Source: Nitrospirota bacterium (GTDB taxonomy: Bacteria > Nitrospirota > JACRHL01). From it: 64,000 bases of DNA. Below the pieces are notes generated by a model, which was given only the letters and a program-made list of their open reading frames with translations, was not told the DNA's origin and did not search any database. This document shows positions 47,928-62,552 of the stretch, one piece after another (within the stretch, counting starts at the first letter, position 1; every line of letters starts with the position of its first letter). Location: positions 18,459 to 82,458 of the forward strand of contig JACRHL010000012.1 in NCBI GenBank assembly GCA_016212085.1. Reading direction: 5' to 3'. The translations under genes were made by a program, and so were the position numbers.

Positions 47928-48482
47928 TCAGTAGAACGCCTTCGCCCAGGGCTCGTTGCCGTTGACGATCTCCACCTCGATGCCGGTCTCGCCGGTGGTC
48001 ATGACGGAATAGAGCCGGGCCAACTCCACGGCGCGCTTGATCAGCGCGTCCCTGTCGCGATACTCGCGCCAGTGGTAGCGCACGGTGATGCCGCTGGCGC
48101 GGGGCACCTCCAGCCACTGAATGGTCTTGTCGAGCTCGCGGGCGTGGGCGATGAACGCCTCGCGCATGTCCTCGTATCTCGGCTTGCCGTTGGGCGCGCC
48201 CTCGGGAACGTTGACGCCCTCGCCGAGCACGTAGGCCTTGCCATTCCAGCCCAGCTGCACCCAGCCGTCCTTCACCTTGGTGACGGGCACCAGGTCGCCC
48301 TTGTTGAGCTGGCCGACCTGTGCGGCATCCGGGGCGCCCTTGTCGCGCACGTTGAGCTTGTCGGTCTTGACCTCCGCGTAGGTCGGCAACCCCGCCTCCT
48401 GCGCGTGCACCGCGGACGGTGCCTGGATCGGCGCAAGGGCCAGTACAAACAATCCCCACATAGCCAACAGTTTTCCGCGCAT
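47928..48482 (-). CDS. secreted SH3b-domain protein
   Basis: ORF track; signal peptide; ..KTDKLNVRDKGAPDAAQVGQLNKGDLVPVTKVKDGWVQL.. Confidence 0.7.
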   Translation of the reverse strand: MRGKLLAMWGLFVLALAPIQAPSAVHAQEAGLPTYAEVKTDKLNVRDKGAPDAAQVGQLNKGDLVPVTKVKDGWVQLGWNGKAYVLGEGVNVPEGAPNGKPRYEDMREAFIAHARELDKTIQWLEVPRASGITVRYHWREYRDRDALIKRAVELARLYSVMTTGETGIEVEIVNGNEPWAKAFY

Positions 48483-48597
48483 TCCGCCCTCACTTATCGC
48501 AGAAGGTGAACCGGGCGGGGGGAGGCCACCCTGCCCTGACTAGAAGAATGGCAAATGCTAGTCAAACAGCTACCACAGGTCAAGGGGCGTGCCACGC

Positions 48598-48640
48598 AAA
48601 AGGGCCGCCGCCGCCCTGGTGAAGGGGCGGGCGGCGGCCC
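48598..48640 (-). terminator. intrinsic terminator candidate downstream of clpC
   Basis: Minus strand GGGCCGCCGCCCGCCCC-ttcacca-GGGCGGCGGCGGCCC followed by TTTTG. Confidence 0.55.
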
Positions 48641-48666
48641 TTGGGGTGCCGCGCGCCGTGGTGGCG

Positions 48667-51099
<2,433 letters not shown>

Positions 51100-51216
51100 T
51101 TTACCTCCCGAATGCCAGACCGCGCGGTGAACAGCCCTTCCCCATCGCGTTCACCCGGGTCTGTGCAAGAAAACGCCGACCTGTGACAACCGTCCGGTTC
51201 TTATCGGCACTTTCCA

Positions 51217-51247
51217 AGAATATGGGCAGTTTCCAGAAACTGTCAAG
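51217..51247 (-). promoter_or_regulatory. sigma-32-like / sigma-70-like promoter candidate for clpC
   Basis: Minus strand CTTGACA-N14-CCCATATT (compare CTTGAA-N13-15-CCCCATNT). Also readable as TTGACA-N18-TATTCT. Confidence 0.4.
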
Positions 51248-51372
51248 GCACTTTCGGTCGTTGTTCAGGAAATGAACAAGCCGCCCCGGCCAGCCGGGAT
51301 GGGGCGGAAATCGTTGGCGAAAGCGCCCGGGTGGGGGCGGGCCGCGCTGGACGGTCCGCCGCCGCCGCCCGG

Positions 51373-52662
51373 CTAGGGCCGGATCGGCTGGCCGAGCAGG
51401 GCGGACGGGGGCGCCGTCAGGTCGCCCAGCAAGGTCGCGCAACGCCCGGCCGGATCGAAGGCGAACCGGGCCAGCCGCATCACCTGCGCCGCGTCCACCC
51501 GGTCGATGCCGGCGACCAGCGCGTCGATGGGCTGGGTCGCGCCCCACACGAACTCGTCCTGGGCCAGCCGTGACATGCGGTTGAAGGTGCCCTCCAGGCT
51601 GAGGATCAGCGACCCCTTCAGGTGCCCCTTGATGCGCTCCAGCTCCTCCGCGTCCACCGGTTCGGTGCAGAGCCGGTCGATCTCGGTCACGATCAGCGCC
51701 GCCACCTCGTCGATGGAGTCGGGCCCGGCGCCCGCGTAGACGGTCAGCTCGCCACAATCCCGGTAGGAGGCATGGCTGGAATAGACCGAGTAGGCCAGGC
51801 CCCGCTTCTCGCGGATCTCCTGGAACAGGCGCGAGCTGGAGCCGCCTCCCAGCAGGTCGTTCAGCACGTACATGCCGAAGCGGTCCGGGTGCCCCTGCGA
51901 CAGGCCGTGCCCGCCGACCACCAGGTGCACCTGCTCCAGCTTGCGGTGGTACAGGGCGGGGCGGTCGCGGTCCGCCGGCGCCGCATCGGCGGGGGGCAGG
52001 TCCGGCGCCGCCGGCCCGTGGGCCGGGAACTGGGCCATGTATGGCGCCAGGCGCGCGTACAACCGGTCCGGATCCAGGTTGCCGGCGGCGGCCACCACGA
52101 TGCGGTCGGCGGTGTAGCAGCGCGTCAGGTAGTCGCGGATATGGGCGGGCCCGAAGCCGCGCACCGTCTCCTCGGTGCCCAGGATGGGGCGCCCCAAGGG
52201 GGTGGTGGCGCCCCACATGTGCTCGCCGTGCAGGTCGTGCACCCACTCCTCGGGCTCGTCCTCCACCATGCGGATCTCCTCGACGATCACCTGCGCCTCG
52301 CGGGCCAGTTGTTCCGGCTCGAAGCTGGCGGCGGTGAGCACGTCCAGCAGCAGGTCGGTGGCGTCGTCCAGGCGGTCGCTCAGCACCTTGACGTAGAAGG
52401 TGGTCTGCTCGCGGGTGGTGAAGGCGTTCAGCTCGCCGCCCATGGCGTCCATCTCCTGGGCGATGCGTTCGGCGCTGCGGCTGGCCGTGCCCTTGAAGAA
52501 GGTGTGCTCCAGGTAGTGGGAGATGCCGTGCTCGTGGGGCAGCTCGTCCCGGGAGCCCGTGTTGATCCACACCCCCAGCGACACGGAGCGCAGGTGCGGC
52601 AGGGTTTCGGTGACGAGGACGATGCCGTTGTCGAAACGGCGGCGCTGGATGGGGTCGGTCAT
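51373..52662 (-). CDS. M16-family (pitrilysin-like) zinc peptidase
   Basis: ORF 51373..53016 trimmed to ATG 52662. HxxEH motif ..GISHYLEHTFFKGT.. Confidence 0.88.
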   Translation of the reverse strand: MTDPIQRRRFDNGIVLVTETLPHLRSVSLGVWINTGSRDELPHEHGISHYLEHTFFKGTASRSAERIAQEMDAMGGELNAFTTREQTTFYVKVLSDRLDDATDLLLDVLTAASFEPEQLAREAQVIVEEIRMVEDEPEEWVHDLHGEHMWGATTPLGRPILGTEETVRGFGPAHIRDYLTRCYTADRIVVAAAGNLDPDRLYARLAPYMAQFPAHGPAAPDLPPADAAPADRDRPALYHRKLEQVHLVVGGHGLSQGHPDRFGMYVLNDLLGGGSSSRLFQEIREKRGLAYSVYSSHASYRDCGELTVYAGAGPDSIDEVAALIVTEIDRLCTEPVDAEELERIKGHLKGSLILSLEGTFNRMSRLAQDEFVWGATQPIDALVAGIDRVDAAQVMRLARFAFDPAGRCATLLGDLTAPPSALLGQPIRP

Positions 52663-52689
52663 GCGGGGGCCCCTGGGGGGTGAAAGACC

Positions 52690-52725
52690 GGGCCCCGCCA
52701 CGCCCGGATGGGAATGGCGGGGCCC
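52690..52725 (-). terminator. hairpin between pnp and the M16 peptidase gene
   Basis: GGGCCCCGCC ... GGCGGGGCCC 10-bp stem, followed on the minus strand by GGTCTTTC. Confidence 0.35.
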
Positions 52726-52741
52726 GATTTCAGTGGGGCGG

Positions 52742-54850
52742 TCAGCCGGCCTCGGCTTCCTTGGCCATGTCGGCGTCGGCCTCGCGCTTGGACAGGCGCA
52801 CCTTGCCCTGGCGGTCCACCTCGAGCACCTTGACGAAGATCTTGTCGCCCTCCGCCAGCACGTCCGACACCTGGGCCACCCGGTGGTCGGCCAGCTGCGA
52901 GATGTGCACCAGGCCGTCCTTGCCCGGCAAGAACTCGACGAAGGCGCCGAAGTCCATGATCTTCTTGACCGTGCCCGGGTAGATGGCGCCGATCTCCGGC
53001 TCCGACACGATGGCACGGATCATGCCCACCGCCTTGTCGGCGGCGGCTTGATCGGTGCTGGCGATGTTGATGGTGCCATCGTCCTCGATGTCGATCTTCA
53101 CGCCGCACTCGTCGACGATGGCGCGCACCACCTTGCCGCCGGCGCCGATCACCTCGCGCACCTTGTCGGAAGGCACCTTGATGGTGGTGATGCGCGGCGC
53201 GTAGGGCGACATGGTGTCGCGCGGCGCGGCCAGCGCCTCGTCCATCTTGCCCAGGATGTGCAGGCGGCCCTGGCGCGCCTGCTCGAGGGCCTGGGCCATC
53301 AGCTCGGCGGTGATGCCGGTGATCTTGATGTCCATCTGCAGGGCGGTGACGCCCGCGCGGGTGCCGCACACCTTGAAGTCCATGTCACCCAGGTGATCCT
53401 CCACCCCCAGGATGTCCGACAGGATGGCGCTGCGCTCGCCCTCCTTGATGAGGCCCATGGCGATGCCGGCCACCGGGCGCTTGATGGGCACGCCGGCGTC
53501 CATCAGGCTCAGGGAGCCGCCGCACACGGAGGCCATGGAGGAGGAGCCGTTGGACTCCATGATGTCGGACACCACGCGGATGGTGTAGGGGAACTTGGCG
53601 TGATCGGGGAGCACCGCCTCCAGGGCGCGCTGGGCCAGCGCGCCGTGGCCGATCTCGCGGCGGCCGGGCGGACGGCCGGGACGGGCCTCGCCCACCGAGA
53701 ACGGCGGAAAGTTGTAGTGCAGCATGAAGTTGCGCACCGAGTTGCCCTCCAGGGCGTCGATGCGCTGGTTGTCTTCCTTGGTGCCCAGGGTGGTGGTGAC
53801 CAGCGCCTGGGTTTCGCCGCGGGTGAACAGGGTGGAGCCGTGGGCGCGCGGCAGCAGCGCCACGTCGATGGCGATGGGCCGCACCGTCCGGGTGTCGCGG
53901 CCATCGGCGCGCAGGCCCTTGTCCAGCACCAGGTTGCGCATGACGCTGGCCTCCAGCTCGTGCAGCAGCTCCTTGGCGTGGGGAACCTGCTCGTCCGCCA
54001 GCCCCAGCTTGCCGATGGTGCCGGCGATCACCTGGTCGATGGCGGCGTAACGGGCCATCTTCTCCTGCACCAGCACGGCGTCGGTCATGGCGCCGGTGGC
54101 CAACTCGGCGATGCGCGCCTTGAGGGCGGCGTCCGTGTCGGCCGCGGCCACCGGGCGCTTGGGGACGCCCGCCTGGGCCACCAGCTGGGCCTGGAGCGCC
54201 ACGCCGTGGCGGATCTGGTCGTGGGCGAAGTTGAGGGCGGCCAGCATGTCGGCCTCGGACACCTCCCTGGCGCCCCCCTCGACCATCATGATGGCCTCGG
54301 CGGTGCCGGCCACCAGCATGTCGATGTCGCTCTCCTCCATCTGGGTCATGGTGGGGTTGGCCAGCAGGGTGCCGCCGATGCGGCCCACGCGCACGCAGCT
54401 CACCGGGCCGGCGAACGGAATGTCGGAGATGGACAGGGCGGCGGACGAAGCGATCATCGAGACCACGTCGGCGTGGCCCGAGTCGTCGGCGGACAGCACG
54501 TTGATGGTGACGATGGTCTCGTTCTGGTAGCCCTTGGGGAACAGCGGGCGGATGGGACGGTCGATGAGGCGGCAGGTGAGCGTCTCGCGCTCCGTGGGCC
54601 GGCCCTCGCGCTTGAAGAAGCCGCCCGGGATTTTGCCCGCGGCGTAGAACTTCTCGCGGTAGTCCACCATCAGCGGGAAGAAGTCGGCCCCCGGCTTGGG
54701 GGCGTAGTCGGAAACCACGCTGGCCAGCACCATCACGTCGCCATAGGTGGCGAGCACGGAGCCGTGGGCCTGCTTGGCCATCCGGCCGGTTTCCAGCGTG
54801 AGGGTTTTCGGCCCGTATTGGGCGGAGGCGGTCTTGGGGTTCATTTGCAT
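52742..54850 (-). CDS. pnp: polyribonucleotide nucleotidyltransferase (PNPase)
   Basis: ORF track; ..[18 protein letters not shown].. two RNase PH domains, then KH and S1 (..[33 protein letters not shown]..). Confidence 0.96.
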   Translation of the reverse strand: MQMNPKTASAQYGPKTLTLETGRMAKQAHGSVLATYGDVMVLASVVSDYAPKPGADFFPLMVDYREKFYAAGKIPGGFFKREGRPTERETLTCRLIDRPIRPLFPKGYQNETIVTINVLSADDSGHADVVSMIASSAALSISDIPFAGPVSCVRVGRIGGTLLANPTMTQMEESDIDMLVAGTAEAIMMVEGGAREVSEADMLAALNFAHDQIRHGVALQAQLVAQAGVPKRPVAAADTDAALKARIAELATGAMTDAVLVQEKMARYAAIDQVIAGTIGKLGLADEQVPHAKELLHELEASVMRNLVLDKGLRADGRDTRTVRPIAIDVALLPRAHGSTLFTRGETQALVTTTLGTKEDNQRIDALEGNSVRNFMLHYNFPPFSVGEARPGRPPGRREIGHGALAQRALEAVLPDHAKFPYTIRVVSDIMESNGSSSMASVCGGSLSLMDAGVPIKRPVAGIAMGLIKEGERSAILSDILGVEDHLGDMDFKVCGTRAGVTALQMDIKITGITAELMAQALEQARQGRLHILGKMDEALAAPRDTMSPYAPRITTIKVPSDKVREVIGAGGKVVRAIVDECGVKIDIEDDGTINIASTDQAAADKAVGMIRAIVSEPEIGAIYPGTVKKIMDFGAFVEFLPGKDGLVHISQLADHRVAQVSDVLAEGDKIFVKVLEVDRQGKVRLSKREADADMAKEAEAG

Positions 54851-54895
54851 GGTCTGTTTCCTTACAGCCGGTGCGCGACCGGCCTCAAGATGACC

Positions 54896-54933
54896 ACATG
54901 ACAGCCCAGGCGCGGGGCATGGGCTGTCATGTG
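54896..54933 (-). promoter_or_regulatory. long perfect stem-loop in the pnp leader (candidate RNase III processing / autoregulation site)
   Basis: CACATGACAGCCC-N12-GGGCTGTCATGTG, 13-bp stem, between rpsO and pnp. Confidence 0.45.
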
Positions 54934-54973
54934 TCCACCTTATGGCCGGTTGGTGCGCGGTTCATTGTACAGC

Positions 54974-54995
54974 GGCTCCCCCGAAGGGGAGCGCC
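54974..54995 (-). terminator. hairpin just downstream of rpsO
   Basis: GGCTCCCC-cgaa-GGGGAGC(g)C; no T-tract. Confidence 0.35.
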
Positions 54996-55004
54996 GGGTT
55001 CTGT

Positions 55005-55274
55005 CTAGCGGCGAATGCCCAGCTGACCGATGATCTGCTGGTACTTGGCCTCGTCCTTGCCCTTCAGGTAGTCGAGCAGCTTGCGGCGCCGCGCCACCAT
55101 CTTGAGCAGCCCGCGGCGGCCGTGATGGTCCTTCTTGTGGCCGCGGAAGTGCTCGGTCAGGTGGACGATGCGGCCGGTCAGAAGGGCGATCTGCACCTCC
55201 GGCGAGCCGGTGTCCTTGTCGTGGGTGCGATACTCGGTGATGATCGCATCCTTGGTTTTCTCAGCGGTTGCCAT
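55005..55274 (-). CDS. rpsO: 30S ribosomal protein S15
   Basis: ORF track; ..[37 protein letters not shown].. Confidence 0.96.
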   Translation of the reverse strand: MATAEKTKDAIITEYRTHDKDTGSPEVQIALLTGRIVHLTEHFRGHKKDHHGRRGLLKMVARRRKLLDYLKGKDEAKYQQIIGQLGIRR

Positions 55275-55295
55275 GGGAGTCCTCCAGGTACAACA

Positions 55296-56282
55296 TTAAA
55301 CACGGTTTTTAATAATACGACGAATCCGGGCCGGGCGAACCGGGTCGGTGCCGATTTCCACCAGGGCGAAAAACCCCCTGGCGGCGCCGTACACGCGGCA
55401 CAGCCCCGGCGCCGGGGAGACACTCCCCACCGCCGGGCCGTCACCCGGATCGTGCGCCCATTCCGATACGGTTGGAGCGATCCCCTGCACCATTCGTTGC
55501 GCAGTGTATTCGCTCACCACCAGGGCGGGCAAGTCGGCGAGCAGGAAGTCCTCGCCGCGCATGACCCGCGCGATGTCCCCCTCCAGGACGGCCTGCTCCA
55601 GCCCGGCCAGGGTGACGGCATCCGCCTCCCCCACCAGGCCGCAAGCGGTGCGGCGCAGCGCCGTGAGGTGGGCGCCCACGCCCAGCGCGTCGCCCAGGTC
55701 CGCCGCCAGCGTGCGGACGTAGGTGCCCTTGCCGCAGGCGACGGTGAAGCGCACCTCCGGCGCGGCAACCACCACGTCGGTGATGGCGTGGATGGTGATC
55801 CGGCGCGGCGCCCGTTCCACCACCTCGCCCCGGCGCGCCTTCTTGTAGAGCGGCTCGCCGCCCATCTTCACCGCCGCGTACATGGGCGGTGTTTGCAGCA
55901 TCCCGCCGACCATGCCCGCCAGCCGTGCCCGCACCAGCCCGTCCCAATCCAGCGCGGGGTCGAGCGGCGTGACGGCGGTGACGGTGCCGGTGCGGTCCTG
56001 GGTGTCGGTGGCCACGCCGAGCTTGACGGTGACCTGATACACCTTGTCCGCCGCCTGCGCCAACCCGGCCACCTTGGTGGCATCGCCCACGCACACCGGC
56101 AGCACGCCGGTGGCCATGGGGTCCAGGGTGCCCGTGTGGCCCGCCTTGCGGGTTTGCAGGATGCGCCGCACGCGCGCCACCACGTCGTGGGATGTCCACC
56201 CCTCGGGCTTGTCGATCACCAGCACGCCGGATGGCTGCACGGCGGCCCCGGCCGGGGCCTGCTGCGAGGCGGCGCGGATCAC
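55296..56282 (-). CDS. truB: tRNA pseudouridine(55) synthase
   Basis: ORF 55296..56387 trimmed to GTG 56282 (GTGA overlap with the rbfA stop). ..GVLVIDKPEGWTSHDVV.. ..KAGHTGTLDPMATGVLPV.. Confidence 0.9.
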   Translation of the reverse strand: MIRAASQQAPAGAAVQPSGVLVIDKPEGWTSHDVVARVRRILQTRKAGHTGTLDPMATGVLPVCVGDATKVAGLAQAADKVYQVTVKLGVATDTQDRTGTVTAVTPLDPALDWDGLVRARLAGMVGGMLQTPPMYAAVKMGGEPLYKKARRGEVVERAPRRITIHAITDVVVAAPEVRFTVACGKGTYVRTLAADLGDALGVGAHLTALRRTACGLVGEADAVTLAGLEQAVLEGDIARVMRGEDFLLADLPALVVSEYTAQRMVQGIAPTVSEWAHDPGDGPAVGSVSPAPGLCRVYGAARGFFALVEIGTDPVRPARIRRIIKNRV

Positions 56283-56653
56283 CCGGCGCCCTCCTCCCCC
56301 GGAGGATCCAGGGTGGCCAGCACCTGCGAGATGTGGTCGGCCTGCGCCGGCGTGGTGTCGCCCACGAAGGTCAGGCGCGGGGTCCATTTAAGCCGCAGGT
56401 GGGTGGCGATCTCGTGCTGGATGGGGCCGGAGGCCTTGGCCAGTGCCTCCAGGGCGGTGCCCAGCGGCCCGCCGAGCACGCTCACGTACACCCGGGCGGT
56501 GCGCAGGTCGGGCGCGGCGTCCACATGGGTGACGGTGATGAGCCCCAGGCTGGGGGCGTCCACCGTGCGCTCGATGGCCTCGGCGATCACCTGTTGCAGC
56601 GAATCGCCCACGCGCACGGAGCGGCGGTAGCCTTTCTGGCGTTGCTGTCTCAT
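56279..56653 (-). CDS. rbfA: ribosome-binding factor A
   Basis: ORF track; ..RSVRVGDSLQQVIAEAIE.. ..ITVTHVDAAPDLRTARVYVS.. Confidence 0.9.
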   Translation of the reverse strand: MRQQRQKGYRRSVRVGDSLQQVIAEAIERTVDAPSLGLITVTHVDAAPDLRTARVYVSVLGGPLGTALEALAKASGPIQHEIATHLRLKWTPRLTFVGDTTPAQADHISQVLATLDPPGEEGAG

Positions 56654-56727
56654 GTGAGGAACGTCTTCAATCCGTGGTGTCCGCGTGCGGCGCGGCGCCC
56701 GGGGCGCCGCGCTTCCGTCGGGTGTGG

Positions 56728-59409
<2,682 letters not shown>

Positions 59410-59454
59410 GTTGATTACGTCCCCGTTTGGTCGTGTTCGGTCGGTTGCGTGCGC

Positions 59455-60750
59455 TTACTCGGACGCCCGCTTCGGTTCGTCGTCGGCGGGCTGCTTGGCC
59501 GCATTGCCCGGGGCCGATGCGCCGGCCTCGGCGGCCTCTGGTGCGCTGTCGGCCTTGGCCTTCCGGGCCGCCTCTTCCGCCGCGCCCTCCGCCGGGGCGT
59601 CGGGGAAGTTCGAGAACAGCGCCTCGGCGTCGGTGAGGCCTTGCGCCTTGGCGCGCGCGTGGTCGAGCAACGCCGCCTCCAGCTCCTCGTCCTTGCCCTC
59701 GAAGGCGTCCTCCCGGTACTCGCTTTCCGACAGGATATCCAGGTTCCAGCCGGTCAGGCGCGATGCCAGGCGCACGTTCTGGCCCTTCTTGCCGATGGCG
59801 AGCGAGAGCTGATCGTCGCGCACGATGACGATGGCCGAGTGCTCGTCCTCGGTGATGCCCACCCGGTCGATCTCCGCCGGGCTCAGGGCCTCGGCGATGA
59901 AGCGTTGCGGGTCGTCGGTCCAGGAGATGATGTCGATCTTCTCGCCGTGCAGCTCCCGCACCACCGCCTGCACGCGCGAGCCCTTCATGCCCACGCAGGC
60001 GCCCACCGGGTCCACCCCGCGTTCGCGGGACCAGACCGCCATCTTGGTGCGGTCACCGGCGTCGCGGGCGATGGCCTGGATGGTGACGATGCCCTCGGCG
60101 ATCTCGGGCACCTCCATCTCGAACAATTTTTGCACGAACAGCGGGCTGTTGCGCGACAGGATGAGCTGCGGGCCGCGCGGCGTCTCGCGCACCTCGAGGA
60201 GCAGGGCGCGGATGCGGTCACCGCGCCGGTACACCTCGCGCGGGATCTGCTCGGAGGCGGGCAGCAGCGCCTCGGTGCGGCCCAGCTCCACGATGTAGTT
60301 GCGGCGTTCCTGGCCCAGGATCATGCCGGTGACCAGCTGCCCTTCGCGGCCGGTGTACTCGCCGTAGATGGCCTCCCACTCGGCCTCGCGCACCTGCTGG
60401 AAGATGACCTGCTTGGCCGCCTGCGCGGCGATGCGGCCGAAACCCGCCATCTCCAGCAGGAAGCCCACCTCGTCGCCGATCTCCGCGTCCGGATCGGCCT
60501 CCAGGGCGCGCTCCAGGCTGATCTCGGTGGTGGGGTCCTCCATGTCATCCTCCTCCACCACCGCCTTGAAGGAGACGATCTCCACCTCGCCGGAACGGGT
60601 GTCGAGGGTGGCCTGGATGTTGCCGTCGTTGGGATAGCGCTTGCGGGCGGCGGTCTCAATGGCCGTTTCCACGGCCGCGACGATCTTGCCCTGATCGATG
60701 CCCTTCTCGCGGCTGATCTGTTCGATCGCGGAAATGAGTTCGCGACTCAT
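59455..60750 (-). CDS. nusA: transcription termination/antitermination factor NusA (431 aa, no AR1/AR2 repeats)
   Basis: ORF 59455..61107 trimmed to ATG 60750. MSRELISAIEQISREKGID.. S1 and KH1/KH2 regions (..GACVGMKGSRVQAVVREL.. ..LAIGKKGQNVRLA..), then an acidic/Ala-rich tail. Confidence 0.93.
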   Translation of the reverse strand: MSRELISAIEQISREKGIDQGKIVAAVETAIETAARKRYPNDGNIQATLDTRSGEVEIVSFKAVVEEDDMEDPTTEISLERALEADPDAEIGDEVGFLLEMAGFGRIAAQAAKQVIFQQVREAEWEAIYGEYTGREGQLVTGMILGQERRNYIVELGRTEALLPASEQIPREVYRRGDRIRALLLEVRETPRGPQLILSRNSPLFVQKLFEMEVPEIAEGIVTIQAIARDAGDRTKMAVWSRERGVDPVGACVGMKGSRVQAVVRELHGEKIDIISWTDDPQRFIAEALSPAEIDRVGITEDEHSAIVIVRDDQLSLAIGKKGQNVRLASRLTGWNLDILSESEYREDAFEGKDEELEAALLDHARAKAQGLTDAEALFSNFPDAPAEGAAEEAARKAKADSAPEAAEAGASAPGNAAKQPADDEPKRASE

Positions 60751-60800
60751 TGGTGTTGCTCTCCCGGTTATGGGTTGTTTCCCGCCCGTGGGCGGGGCCC

Positions 60801-61253
60801 TCAAAATTCTATTTCCAGCCTGGCCGCGGAGACGTTGTCGTAATCCACGTCCCGCTCCGTCCCGTTGGCCATCTGCAGGGTGATCCGCGCGTCCGTGACG
60901 CCCAGGATGCGGCCCACCAGCACGTGGTTGCCGTCGATGGGTGCCAGCACCTTGACGCGGCACAGCTTGCCGGCGAAACGCCGGAACTCGTCGAGCCGTG
61001 TCAGGGGGCGGTCCAGCCCCGGCGACGATACCTCCAGCCGGTAGTCGCCGGGAATGAGATCGTCCACCTCCAGCGCGTGAGTGAGGAAGCGGCTGACCTC
61101 GGTGCAATCGTCGATGCCGATGACGCCGTCTTCCCGGTCCAGCACGATGCGGACCACCTTGCCCTGTCTGGTGATATCGAGTACGTCAACGTTCAGCGAG
61201 GCGAGGACGGGGGAGATCATCTCCCGAAGCCGATCTTTCAACCCCTCGTCCAA
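60801..61253 (-). CDS. rimP: ribosome maturation factor RimP (start uncertain: TTG 61253 or ATG 61220)
   Basis: ORF 60801..61313. ..YRLEVSSPGLDRPL.. The upstream part of the ORF contains a terminator-like hairpin, so the start was trimmed. Confidence 0.85.
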   Translation of the reverse strand: MDEGLKDRLREMISPVLASLNVDVLDITRQGKVVRIVLDREDGVIGIDDCTEVSRFLTHALEVDDLIPGDYRLEVSSPGLDRPLTRLDEFRRFAGKLCRVKVLAPIDGNHVLVGRILGVTDARITLQMANGTERDVDYDNVSAARLEIEF

Positions 61254-61269
61254 ATCGGTACAACCCGCT

Positions 61270-61302
61270 AAAAATGACAACGGCGGGCCCCGTAGCCCGC
61301 CG
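61270..61302 (-). terminator. leader terminator/attenuator upstream of rimP-nusA-infB
   Basis: Minus strand CGGCGGGC-tacggg-GCCCGCCG followed by TTGTCATTTTT. Confidence 0.5.
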
Positions 61303-61333
61303 CCTCGGAACACGTGGACAGCTTAGCTGAAGA

Positions 61334-61362
61334 ATGATAGTGGCAAAAAGTGCCGAAATCAA
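61334..61362 (-). promoter_or_regulatory. sigma-70-type promoter candidate for the rimP operon
   Basis: Minus strand TTGATT-N17-TATCAT. Confidence 0.5.
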
Positions 61363-61393
61363 GGGGGATTGCCACCAAATTGCGCGTCCGCCG

Positions 61394-61423
61394 TTGACAG
61401 GGCGGGGGGCGGGCGGGTAGCAT
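61394..61423 (+). promoter_or_regulatory. sigma-70-type promoter candidate for tRNA-Phe
   Basis: TTGACA-N18-TAGCAT, ending 12 nt before the mature tRNA 5' end. Confidence 0.55.
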
Positions 61424-61435
61424 CACCCCTCCCGA

Positions 61436-61511
61436 GCCGAGATAGCTCAGTCGGTAGAGCAGAGGCCTGAAAAGCCTCGTGTCCACAGTTCGATTCTGTG
61501 TCTCGGCACCA
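61436..61511 (+). tRNA. tRNA-Phe(GAA), CCA encoded
   Basis: GCCGAGA acceptor, TAGCTCAGTCGGTAGAGC D arm, anticodon loop CTGAAAA, T arm CACAG-TTCGATT-CTGTG; 76 nt. Confidence 0.92.
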
Positions 61512-61544
61512 TTTCAATTTCCGGAGATGTCCGGGAACATCCAT

Positions 61545-61579
61545 AAAGCCCGCATCCCACTAAGGGGTGCGGGCTTTTT
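61545..61579 (+). terminator. intrinsic terminator just inside the island, after tRNA-Phe
   Basis: AAAGCCCGCA-N13-TGCGGGCTTT followed by TTG. Confidence 0.55.
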
Positions 61580-61725
61580 GTTGTCCTGGGGTGTCCGGGT
61601 GGGTCCGTTGGAATCCGGGCCATTTGTTGGTATCTGGTCGGCCAGTGTTGGTATCGCGGGGAAAAATACCAACAAGCGGTCGGCAAAAGCACGCTGAATC
61701 CCTTGTGGGAGAATGGGTTGCGCGG

Positions 61726-62481
61726 ATGCCACTCACCGAGCTTTCCATACGCAACGCCCGTGCGGGCGAGAAGGCCGCCCGGATGTCGGACGGGGGAGGC
61801 CTCTATCTCCAGATGGAGCCAAACGGCGGCAAGTACTGGCGCCTGGCCTACCGTTTCGGCGGCAAGCAGAAGACCCTGGCCCTGGGTGTCTACCCCACCA
61901 TCACCCTGAAGGACGCACGCGCCCGGCGCGACGAGGCCCGCCGGCAATTGGCCCATGGTATCGATCCCGGAGCCCATCGCAAGGAGGTCCGGGAGCGGGA
62001 GGAGGCGCAGGTCACCACCAGCTTCGAGTCCGTGGCGCGGGAGTGGCTGCCGAAGATGGCCTCCCGGAAGGGATGGGCCGAATCCTATGGCAACAAAGTC
62101 GCCCGCCGCCTGGAGGTGGACCTGTTCCCGTGGCTGGGCGGCCGGCCGGTGAGGGAGATCACCCCGCCGGAATTGCTGCGAGTGTTGCAGCGCATCGAGG
62201 AGCGGGGCGCCGTCAACACCGCCCACCAGGCCAAACAGACCTGCGGCCAGATATTCCGCTACGCCATCGCCACCGGCCGGGCCACGCGCGACCCCTCCGC
62301 CGACCTGAAGGATGCCCTGCCGCCGGCGAGGAGCCGCCACTTGGCGTCCATTACCGACCCGAAGGGGGTGGGCGAGCTGCTGCGCGCCATCGACGGTTTC
62401 AAGGGCACCTTTGTGGTCCAGTGTGCCCTGCGGCTGGCGCCCCTGTTCTTCGTCCGCCCCGGCGAGCTGCGCCAGGCGGAG
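61726..62481 (+). pseudogene. 3'-truncated P4-type tyrosine integrase (N-terminal arm-binding and core-binding regions only)
   Basis: ORF 61567..62772. From ATG 61726: MPLTELSIRNARAGEKAARMSDGGGLYLQMEPNGGKYWRLAYRFGGKQKTLALGVYP.. Integrase-like sequence stops after ..FVRPGELRQAE. The remaining catalytic residues are absent, and the remaining ORF is read-through antisense to the next gene. Confidence 0.8.
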
Positions 62482-62498
62482 TGTCTCGCACTATATCT
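62481..62498 (+). repeat. degenerate direct repeat of the tRNA-Phe 3' end (attR-like)
   Basis: GTGTCTCG-CACTA against tRNA GTGTCTCGGCACCA (61498-61511). Lies exactly at the integrase truncation point. Confidence 0.45.
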
Positions 62499-62499
62499 G

Positions 62500-62533
62500 G
62501 GCGCGCCCCCCGTCGGGGGCGCGCCTTTTTTTT
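62500..62533 (+). terminator. strong intrinsic terminator (11-bp GC stem plus T8)
   Basis: GGCGCGCCCCC-cgtc-GGGGGCGCGCC-TTTTTTTT. Confidence 0.8.
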
Positions 62534-62552
62534 GCAAGGATCGCGATGCCGG

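Noticed and set aside
61254-61313. GTG 61313 as the rimP start (ORF-track boundary)
   Set aside because: This stretch contains a GC hairpin plus T-tract and encodes an implausible Gly/Arg/Pro N-terminus. RimP-like sequence begins further downstream.
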